A program made the translations under genes and the position numbers. Below are positions 56,301 through 64,000 of a stretch of DNA of 64,000 bases, piece after piece (the first letter of the stretch is position 1; every line of letters starts with the position of its first letter). Origin of the DNA: Corallochytrium limacisporum Hawaii (lineage: Eukaryota > Protista > Pluriformea); the NCBI GenBank assembly GCA_002811645.1, contig PDIP01000070.1, forward strand, positions 1 to 64,000, written 5' to 3'. The notes beneath the pieces are model-generated. The model was given only the letters and a program-made list of their open reading frames with translations, ran no database searches and was not told where the DNA came from.

Positions 56301-58755
56301 TGGCAGGATCGCGGTGGTAGGCAGAGAGAAGGTCTTGGTACATGGATAACTGCTTCTTGTTCTCCTCCGTCAGCGCAGTTGGATTGGTCTTGCTCATCAT
56401 CATGAGACGCATAAACGTCGAGACTATGGTATTGGTACCTCCCGTGCTGCCTCCAGGGGTTCCGGCTGCAGGACTAGGCAGCGTTCCGGGTGTACCTACC
56501 GTTGTTCCCTCCTTGACGGTGCCGCCCGGGGTGGTCTGCTGTAGGAATTTCGGGGTGAGGCCTGGAATGTTCTGCGCCGCCAGTTTGGCGGGAGCAGACG
56601 GTGACACAGCGGCCGCAGCATTCTGAAGCTGCTGCTGGAAGGCGGTGGCAGGTGATGGGGCATCCCCAGGACCACCGAGGGCTCGGCGTTTGGCTGCCAT
56701 GAGGGGATCTTCATCTTCCTTCTTGGTTTCCGAAGCTGTGCGTTTGCGGCCAGCTTCTCCTGCAGCCCCAGGTTTGGCATCACCATCGGCGGGGGTGCCA
56801 GGGATGGAAGCCACCACCTGCTGGACAGAGGCGAGATTGCCAGCCTGCAGTGCATCCGGATTCACAGGCGTGCCTACCTGCGAATTGGTGCGACTTTGCC
56901 GATCCTTAAAGTCTCCCCGTTTGGTCGGCGATACGATGCCATCTGCTGCCTTATCCTTCATTTCGCCTGTGACGCTGTTGTCCCCGACGCCCGGCAAATG
57001 TCCAGCACCGGCAGTTTGGGACTGAATGGCTTGCTGTTGTTTCAAGAGTTCCTGCTGGCGCTTCTGAATCGCTGCGCGGTGTGCCTGCTGGTGCAGTGGT
57101 GACGGTGTAGGTGCTTGGTTATGATCTGCACCTCCAGGCGCAGGTGACTGGGTAACAATCATAGGGCTCGGGGAATTGAACAGTGCTGGACTCGGTACCG
57201 GCACAGATCCGGGTGTCCGGAAAGGTAGACCCTGAGCGGTACCTGCCAGGTGCCGAGTTGCAGAATCTCCGGCGCCAGGAGCTGGGGGCACCTCCGTTGT
57301 TTTCGAGGCAGATGAAGTGTTGATAATGGGATTGGCGGAAGCATTGGACAGGGGCCCGCTGTTGGTCTGGGAAATGGAGGCCAGAGAGCCCTGGGCGGCG
57401 GGCGCAGGTGTCATGGCCGCACCTGGTGTAAGTCCAGTGGACATGGCAGGGGTTTCTCCGGGTGTCATGGCATGGGTAATGGCTGTTTGGTTGAGAACAA
57501 TGCCAACGCCTGTCTTTTGGTGGATCGCCGCAGAAGCCTTGTCCGGACCACCGTCCAAGGTCAGTCCACGGAGCAGTGCAATGCCATCGGTCAGAGATGT
57601 CAAGTCCTTCGCACTGGGGACTTCATGGTCCTTACCAGATCCGACACCGCCGTTCGCCGCTGCGGAGTTATCCGGGACACCAATAGCTTGATGGAACGCC
57701 TGGGTAAGGGATGCAGACAATTCAATCATCTTTGCAGGCTTCAGCTCCTGTGATGGAACGGTTGACTTGGATTTGATGCTGGCATCCGGCACTGCCTTCT
57801 GGTATAGGGTGCGCAGCTCTGGAATCGCCCGAGGAGAAATTACACTAACGAAGATGTTTCGCTGTGCCATTTTTTCTGCGAGTTCGGGGGCAGTTACGCC
57901 CTTGAACACTTCACTGTGTCTGCAGGGTGTATCCATGAAAGGGCGACTGTTAGCAATGACAAAGACATAATCTGCAACTTCTTGCTTCTCGCCACTGTCA
58001 GCAACTTCCACGGCGGTGGCCTTCTCTGTCGAGTCCGGTCCGTCCCTTTTCTCAGTAGCTTCCGCGTCATTCGTTTCGGCTCCTTCACCGCCCTTCTTTT
58101 CCTCTGTAGTGTCCATAGCGGCTGTCCCACCATTCGCAGTGGCGACTGGAGATGCATCCTCCCCGGCAGAACCGCTCAGCATAGACATGGCAATGGCCAA
58201 CGCTTCGACTAAATTCGATCCCGCACTGGACCCGCCACTGGGGATAATGTTGGCCAGCATATATCCACGCAGACGTACTACATCCTGGGTCAACGGAACT
58301 GACTGCAATGCCTCGCCCGCAGAAAGGTCTTGACCGCCTCCATAGACAACTAGACCCACCTCCAAATGTGATACTACATGTTTGGACGGATCATCTGAAC
58401 GCTTATCGCCTTTCTTGTCCACGTCCTTCACGTCTTTCCGTTTCCCGTCTTCTCCCCTAATGGACCCACCCGCCAGAAAATGACTGAGTAATGCATCAAT
58501 GGGTCCACGAAGGAGGTCATTGTAAGTCGACGCCATCGCAGCAGTACCATCAATCACAAAAATAACCCGGCGCAAGCTGTGATTTCCCACTGCCTTGATT
58601 GACCCGACAGAATTTTGCCGATCGGCCGAAGGCAGTGGTGGGACAGACTTCCGGCCCCCAACTGTCGGCCATTTGTATTTCAATGCAGCACCGGCAATGC
58701 CCGCGCCCGGTCGCCCGGTTGCATACGACTGATATCTCTTTGAAATGGAGGCCAT
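53344..58755 (-). CDS. MED25: Mediator subunit MED25-like, 1803 aa (N-terminal VWA domain, long Q/A/G/P-rich regions)
   Basis: VIFVIDGTAAM, GG......L.EAL..A and SVISPR.IPELR.LY.KA match the MED25 VWA domain. A possible divergent ACID domain lies near VPKKLQI. Poly-Q and QA tracts. Confidence 0.8.
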   Translation of the reverse strand: MASISKRYQSYATGRPGAGIAGAALKYKWPTVGGRKSVPPLPSADRQNSVGSIKAVGNHSLRRVIFVIDGTAAMASTYNDLLRGPIDALLSHFLAGGSIRGEDGKRKDVKDVDKKGDKRSDDPSKHVVSHLEVGLVVYGGGQDLSAGEALQSVPLTQDVVRLRGYMLANIIPSGGSSAGSNLVEALAIAMSMLSGSAGEDASPVATANGGTAAMDTTEEKKGGEGAETNDAEATEKRDGPDSTEKATAVEVADSGEKQEVADYVFVIANSRPFMDTPCRHSEVFKGVTAPELAEKMAQRNIFVSVISPRAIPELRTLYQKAVPDASIKSKSTVPSQELKPAKMIELSASLTQAFHQAIGVPDNSAAANGGVGSGKDHEVPSAKDLTSLTDGIALLRGLTLDGGPDKASAAIHQKTGVGIVLNQTAITHAMTPGETPAMSTGLTPGAAMTPAPAAQGSLASISQTNSGPLSNASANPIINTSSASKTTEVPPAPGAGDSATRHLAGTAQGLPFRTPGSVPVPSPALFNSPSPMIVTQSPAPGGADHNQAPTPSPLHQQAHRAAIQKRQQELLKQQQAIQSQTAGAGHLPGVGDNSVTGEMKDKAADGIVSPTKRGDFKDRQSRTNSQVGTPVNPDALQAGNLASVQQVVASIPGTPADGDAKPGAAGEAGRKRTASETKKEDEDPLMAAKRRALGGPGDAPSPATAFQQQLQNAAAAVSPSAPAKLAAQNIPGLTPKFLQQTTPGGTVKEGTTVGTPGTLPSPAAGTPGGSTGGTNTIVSTFMRLMMMSKTNPTALTEENKKQLSMYQDLLSAYHRDPAKLPQVKPVYDEIMRLLKQQGSSTAGIAGGATPQAQAPTPGSVKAGLSPAPGGLAGLTAGAQSSLQGQAQAQAQAQAQAQAQAQAQAQAQAQAQAQAQAQAQAQAQARQAALQQQQQQAAAAQQAAKVGMPGAGGVPSAVLQRILVVPGDKVITLPVQLVFSGENSGAMEQQHLESMVPKKLQISRTRRVDNRAGAEEFDRKLGIRKIMLTVEAGKAVGVAIPPATINVHLESLRNHLCEVADPNPKLRSYIYDKGGKLNLALVYVGSQGDPVPSEFTNLVQKQNSLLTGAKPGQPQVAVGGPGAAVAAAANQQRPSPAAAGGPAGLASLGLGGALGAAAGARPGGPGTGPGGQPTITLTQPGLQAFTRARAVLARTGRSIDDMHVIQYTTRLQKGRAQGQVEQEVVKILREEELDLLSIEDFKKIAQNIIGRARTESPGEVVAFIAKVKKHIVERLSQSNIQLAGGGGVAGQQGAGAAGAAGPGAMKAGLGVPGGAGGANTAAELQQRLLAQQRTAAAAAGAAGTAGAGAAGGAGNDAGTPGPSSFPPQQRAFLLSKHLQSLSAPEKEHLKKEAMELSTQNGKGMQENMETVLRNSLYQALKRNGKEYLKHLTAGMPPIQQGAAGGAAGAGAVGSSEQPKPAGLGALGGPPRPQGVPGGPGGPRPGMPGAGGPQMGGEEKANLARQISRQIAALIQKTPQMRIIITQQYPELKEDLNNNPHVVRAKLQEVLVRYQRQQQQQQQQQQAAGQAGAGGLGGPRGPGAMGAMRPTALGPMGPGQMSPAEIARRRAALQQQQAAAAQQNAAAQQQQMLALQQQKQQQQQAALAQQQAAAAQQAAMNQQRQKQLEAQQKAAAAAAAASAAIAAVPPQQPPQAPVPAQQPAGANGNGNDNDKEKGSGGFGGGGGLDNLPGLDQAFPGDFNPDDIPDLGNPPADLGGGNPQSARPSEAGVDADMLGDLANLGEGDMGDMDMTLFNDPDFQMDL
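55984..56103 (-). repeat. Coding hexanucleotide repeat encoding about (QA)20 in MED25
   Basis: CARGCN repeats with synonymous variation. Confidence 0.95.
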
Positions 58756-59583
58756 AATTAGATTATCCGTTTCTTTTGAAGCCTCTCTGAATAATTCTCA
58801 CAAACAAACCTTGGATATTCCCGTCTTGGTCATATTGGTATACTTTGCGAACATTGACTTTTTCCGACATGCATTCGCAACCTTACTTCCCGAAACCTGG
58901 TCATCCAATGGTTCGGTTCGCTTGGTGCGTTTTTCTTATTCTGATCTGACACCCTCCTCAGCAGTGTTTCCGCGCTGTTTGATCTACCTAGTCTTGCCTT
59001 TCCATCAGATATCCCATGTCTCCCCTGAAAAGTCTCAAACCAATCGTCGCATGGTCCAACAAGAAAACACATCTCCTCGCTCCCAAAAACAGAAACCAAA
59101 ACGACGACGACAACGTCGACGGCGACGGGGATCATCCGTCGCCTCCGTCATCCAGGCGCATTCTGAATCCCAAGTCCAAAGTTCGAGGGTGTTTTTTTCC
59201 CGTTTCTCGCCCTCCTCGCGCAATCTCGCCTCTGTGCCCCCACCACTGTGTATCCCTCTCTCGCTCTCTGTGTCCTTTGGGACCCCAAACCGCACCCCTC
59301 TCCGCTACCCAATTCAACCCGTGCTGTCCGCTTGGCGGCCCGGTCGGGGTGTGTGTGTGTGTGTGTGTGTGTGTATGTTTTCTGCACATTCGCGGCTTTT
59401 TTTTTGTGGGCCTTTCCTTCTTGTCCCTTGCCGTTCGGGGGCCTCTCTCTCGCTCTCTCTCTCTGTGTCGGTCGGTCGCTCGCTCCTTCCGCGCAAACGA
59501 AACGGTCGCTCGTTCTCCAAGACCGGATCTCCGCGCCGTCACCGGAACCGAACAGCCAAAACTCCAAAATCCCACCCCCCCCC

Positions 59584-59695
59584 NNNNNNNNNNNNNNNNN
59601 NNNNNNNNNNNNNNNNNNNNNNNNNNNNNNNNNNNNNNNNNNNNNNNNNNNNNNNNNNNNNNNNNNNNNNNNNNNNNNNNNNNNNNNNNNNNNNN
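59584..59695. other. Assembly gap (N run) within poly-C
   Basis: N run. Confidence 1.
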
Positions 59696-61400
59696 CCCCC
59701 CCCCCCCCCCCGGGGGGGCCCCGCCAGAAGAGAGCTTGGTCGCTCGTTTGACCTGAAGCTCTCCCGAGTTTCCCTCCGTTTTTTTTTCTCTCTCTCTTAT
59801 TTTGTCCTCGGGGACTGGGGCCGAGCGCTGGGTTGTATTGCTCTTGCTCACAACCATGGCTTGTCAGCACACTACCGGCCCCCCCCCCCTGGGGGGGGCC
59901 TCCTTTCTTCCTTCTCGGAGTCTGTTTTTCCTTTTTTTTTTTTCTTTTTTATAATCTTCGCTTTGCGCCTGCACCAACCAAAGGGACCGGGAGCCCAAGC
60001 ACGCCCCAAGGGCAGGAATACGGACCCCTCCGGTACCCTACTCAAACCCCCCCCCCCGGGGGGAACCCCTTTTCCGTACCCGACGCTCCTGGATATTTGG
60101 AAAATCACGACTGGAGCTTTCTTTCTGTGTTTTGTTTGAACTTTTGAGTTTTTTTTTTGGTTCTTCGTGTCGTGATCTCCTTTTTTTTCCTTCTTCCACA
60201 CCCTTCCCGAAGATCTTTATTTTTGTTTTCTTTTTTATTTTTGGTTTCATTGCTCGGTATGTTTATAACACCCGCGGGGTAGAGGCCCACGGTAGCTTTG
60301 CCTTTGGGGGGAGATGGAGGAGGGGGGCATGATGCGAGCCCTGGAGGCCACGGGGCGGCGCGCAAGAGACAGACAGACAGCGAGTTTGACATCATAAAAG
60401 AAAAACTAACCACGGGGATCTGAAAATATACACACAGTCCCTACCTGCGCCTACGCATTATAAGAAGTATCCACACAAACACACGAGAGATACCTACCCC
60501 CTCCACCCTCCCGCCCCCTGCGGGGCGAGGAGGAGGAGGAGGAGGTTTCGTAGGCTGGTCCCGCGCGACCCTCCCCGCTCTCTCCCGGACAGCCGTCCTT
60601 CTCCATACTGAGAGTACGGAAGGGCACCCATGGCGTTCTTGTATCTCTCATTGCTCCTTCTTGACAGCAACTTCCGTTTGGGTTGGTGCGGGGTCCGTAC
60701 GTACGCACAAGGCCAGTCGGCCCCCCCCCGGGAGCCGACCTCCCTCTCCACAGTCGACCGTGGCCGGGAAGGATAAAGATAAAAATGGGTGGGACTGTAC
60801 AAAAAATACCATATATTCGGTACTGGTAACCGACGCAGAGAAAAAAGCCAGACCGGTCTCCACTTTTCTGAACTTGAAAATAAAACACACTGCCTGTGCG
60901 CCCTGTAGCAAAATGGACTCTCGGACATTCTCGCCTTCAATTCTCTTGGCTGCCTCCGAGGTCTCTGAAGCACGAGTTTTTTCTTCTTTTTTTTTTTTGG
61001 GTTTTTTCCTTTCTCCTTTTTTTTTCCATTTTTTTCGCGGTTGGGTGGCGATTTAATTCATGGAATGATTAGAAGTATTAGGTGATCAGTTCTTAACGCA
61101 CAGCACCACAGGGAGGGGGTGCCGCCCGTGACCACCGGGGAAACCCCTCCGCTGACCCCTTGTGTGCTTGTGGACACGGTGAGAGTACGGTCTCGTGGAC
61201 AAGAATTACTGGGTTGTGTTCATGGTTTGGACCAAGGGGGTATTCATGTGTGCTTTTAAAGGTACTTTGGAGATTCACTACATGCAATATCCGTTTGTGT
61301 TCAATAAAAGACACCGTGACAGGGACAGATCAAGAATCCGAGGAGACTACGTCACACAGTGACCGCAGGAAACACATAATGTCAAGGACAGAAACTAAGA

Positions 61401-62804
61401 ATGCTCAGACATCGTATCATTGGTGAGGTATCCTGTCGGGCTTCACAAACATGGCGGTCAGGGGTTTGCCGCACCATCTCCACCGCTGTGGCCCGGAGAC
61501 AGTCAGCCCAAACGTCAGACGAAAGCCCAGACCTGCTTGAGCACCTCTACGACGCATGGGCTCTGGTCCGTACTCCGTCCCGGGGACCAGGGTCACCGGA
61601 GAGCTTCTTCCTAGACGCGCATAAAGACAGCGACACAGAAAAAGGTTCAGGTTTCTCGCTGCTTCCTACACTTGGCTTTAGCCGCCAAAAAGACCCGATG
61701 GCACAGTGGACTGAGGCATTGGTCCGTGCCCGTAGTACAACAGGGTACTCAAGCTCACTGATGGGTTCCCTCAATGATCTCCTGGTCGACGAATTCGGGG
61801 CGGATCTGCCCAAGGCTATGGCTGCGAAGCATCTGGCCAAGTTGACCGCATCTCGGCACCCCGTAGTGAATACAGTCCGACACTACCTCAATGACCACCC
61901 AGGACGGCACACGCGTGGTACCGTGGTGCTGCTCATGTCCAAGGCACTCTCAGAGGACGCAGTGTACACGGATCGGCAACGTAAGCTTGCGGAAATAACG
62001 GAAATGATTCACATTGCCTCGCTTATCCACCGATCGGTGACGGAACAAACTGCCACGGCGGCAGAACTACGGAGTGATGATCTACGATACGGCAACAAGA
62101 TTAGTGTGCTCGGGGGGGACTTCTTGCTCGCCAAGGTCAGTCAGGGACTGAGTCAGCTTCACAATCTCGAAGTCGTAGACCTCATGTCACAGGCAATTGA
62201 GCATTGGGTGGCGGCAGAGAACATTGGGCGATATGGCGAGGACTATGTGCGGTTAGTGCAGGGCGCTAAGAACTCCACAGACCTCGGTAAGTTGTACATG
62301 AAATGGTCTGAACTTTCCAGTGCGTCCCTTTTCAGCAAGGCATGCCGCTCCACAGCTCTATTGGAAGGCCACGATGAGGAAAAGTGTGCCATTGCGGAGA
62401 GCTACGGTCGCTACTTTGGTCTGGCCAGCCGGCTCATTGACGACCTCGAAGATGCGTATCGTGCGTGCTTGAGCAAGAGCGAAAATGGCCGGAAGCCGCT
62501 GGAGATTAGTGCCATCAATGCGGTGCTCATTTTGAATTCCAACGAAGAGAATCTGTGGGAGGTCAAAGACGTCCTCGAGCGCATCACACAGCCCAGTACG
62601 GATCAGGGACTGCAGCAGGAGCTGCGGCAGCGGCTTTTGTCATTGATGTGCGAACCGTCAGGGCAGGAGAAAGCGCAGCGTCTGCTCTTATCTCTCTGCG
62701 AAAAGGCGCGCGAAGTATTGGAACCGCTGCCACTGTCAGAAGCCAAGGGAGAACTAGAGCGTTTGGTTATGGCAATCCCGACCCGCGTTCCCCGGGAAGA
62801 GTGA
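61401..62804 (+). CDS. PDSS2: All-trans-polyprenyl (decaprenyl) diphosphate synthase, non-catalytic subunit 2 (PDSS2/Dlp1-like)
   Basis: QRKLAEITEMIHIASLIHRSV (first DDxxD motif lost, as in PDSS2), GNKISVLGGDFLLA, and a mitochondrial-type N-terminus. Confidence 0.85.
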   Translation: MLRHRIIGEVSCRASQTWRSGVCRTISTAVARRQSAQTSDESPDLLEHLYDAWALVRTPSRGPGSPESFFLDAHKDSDTEKGSGFSLLPTLGFSRQKDPMAQWTEALVRARSTTGYSSSLMGSLNDLLVDEFGADLPKAMAAKHLAKLTASRHPVVNTVRHYLNDHPGRHTRGTVVLLMSKALSEDAVYTDRQRKLAEITEMIHIASLIHRSVTEQTATAAELRSDDLRYGNKISVLGGDFLLAKVSQGLSQLHNLEVVDLMSQAIEHWVAAENIGRYGEDYVRLVQGAKNSTDLGKLYMKWSELSSASLFSKACRSTALLEGHDEEKCAIAESYGRYFGLASRLIDDLEDAYRACLSKSENGRKPLEISAINAVLILNSNEENLWEVKDVLERITQPSTDQGLQQELRQRLLSLMCEPSGQEKAQRLLLSLCEKAREVLEPLPLSEAKGELERLVMAIPTRVPREE

Positions 62805-62879
62805 TTCCCGCGAGCATCTTGCATCTTTATAAAATTTTGTACAATATCATGATTTGCCAACCATCATCGATCTATTCAT

Positions 62880-63619
62880 CTATTGCGTACGCAGGGAGCG
62901 GTTGGGTTGAGTTCTCGAGCCGTCGGTTCCATGGTCGTCAAGACCCACAGTGTAGACCAACTGACCTACCAGGAGTTCTGGCTGTCGAGAAAGATTTGCT
63001 GTGGCTAGTGGACTTGACGGCGGCAGTCTTGAGACCGAAGAGGTCGTGGAGCGGCTTGAGATCAATATACAGAGCTTCAGGATCAGCGGCTTGGTTGGAA
63101 CTGTTGAAGACGTCCAGAGCCTGCTTTAACTTCTTCAGCGATGCTGCATGTTCTGCACGCACCGTGTCTCGGAAACTGTACTTGTTGCCTAATCTTGAGC
63201 ACCTGGGTCACGAAGAAGAGTGCCGAATCAGCATTGGTGGCCCACGGATGCTTGGGCCTACGCATCGCAACCTTCAGGCATGCCCGGTTGATGGAATGGT
63301 AAACGGTCTGTTCCATATAGCCAAGCATGGGCAGGGACTTAATGTCAATGGGGATTGCAGAGGGCGGCAGCTTCGTGGGCAGCTGCTGCTTGTGGTACTT
63401 GAAAGGCTGCAGCAAGAATTTCTGGCGGCGCTCCTCAGAAGACATAAGGTAGCAAACGTCGTTGTGCATCACCGCGAACTCGAGGTCACCCAGGAACCTC
63501 CCTCGTCCCCGTACCCAACCCCCCGTTTGTAGCGGAAGCCGACCTTGATTCTTTATGAAATCATAATGGCTTGAAAAATCAAGCACTTTCTCAATTAGAT
63601 GGTAGTGTGCTCTGTTCAA
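62880..63619 (-). pseudogene. Possible frameshifted or degraded gene of unknown function
   Basis: Three overlapping minus-strand ORFs in different frames (63083-63619, 62938-63162, 62880-63065) with protein-like segments. No family recognised. Confidence 0.3.
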
Positions 63620-63734
63620 AGATGAGAAGTACTGAAAGTGTGAGATTCAAAATGATTGTTTTATTGATTTATAGGGGTCTATTTTTCACAGTGGTGACTT
63701 TATATGGCCTTCCAGAATTCACTCGAGTATATCG

Positions 63735-63753
63735 CCCGCCCACAGCCAATCAG
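63735..63753. promoter_or_regulatory. GC box and CCAAT (NF-Y-type) box
   Basis: CCCGCCC at 63735-63741 next to AGCCAATCAG at 63744-63753. Confidence 0.45.
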
Positions 63754-64000
63754 CAGCCAGCGAGGTATGCTACAGTACATTCACCATAGCGCTTCCCCCA
63801 TTGCTCCCCGCAGCGCCCTTCCTTTTTTTACAAACTGCAGTTTTTTCGAAGCGAAAAAAAAAGGGAGGGAGGGGGGTGTGGAGAGGGAGAGGAAAGAAGG
63901 TGAATCGTTCCCGATTCCATTTTTTTTACCCTTTTAAAAATCTGGAACGTTCACAAGTCTTTTCGCAACAAATCCCTGACGTCTGCTGGGAATTTTTATT

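Noticed and set aside
58745-60139. 464-aa ORF and other long ORFs crossing N gaps or simple repeats
   Set aside because: They stay open only because of low-complexity tracts and Ns; they lie in divergent promoter regions.
62555-63532. 325-aa + strand ORF overlapping the PDSS2 3' end
   Set aside because: GTG start in an alternative frame of PDSS2; the remainder looks like the antisense of the minus-strand remnant.

Overview
Eukaryotic draft-assembly window (six N-gaps, CA/GA microsatellites, poly-G/poly-A tracts) with 15 recognisable protein genes. All but one are intronless. The repertoire is holozoan-like: R7-type RGS, UBE3A, RMDN, MED25, PDSS2-type subunit and GH99. An extremely intron-poor unicellular holozoan such as Corallochytrium is my inference and is not verified. 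Left part: two tandem TMEM68/DGAT-type acyltransferases, a GH99 endomannosidase homologue whose catalytic glutamates appear substituted, and a CNC/Maf-like bZIP factor that appears to start at GUG. Middle: about 20 kb with no credible protein gene, upstream of the bZIP. Right part: a dense block of aquaporin, Tudor-FN3-RING, UBE3A, RMDN, R7-RGS, KYAT, DSN1, NDUFA7, TSG101, TMEM70, MED25 and PDSS2. The most striking item is not visible in the ORF track. The only well-supported coding-region intron (TMEM70, 52201-52629) contains a ~230-260 nt structured RNA bounded by perfect C and D boxes and a 15-bp terminal stem, a candidate long intronic box C/D RNA. All assignments come from motif recognition by eye; no searches were run.
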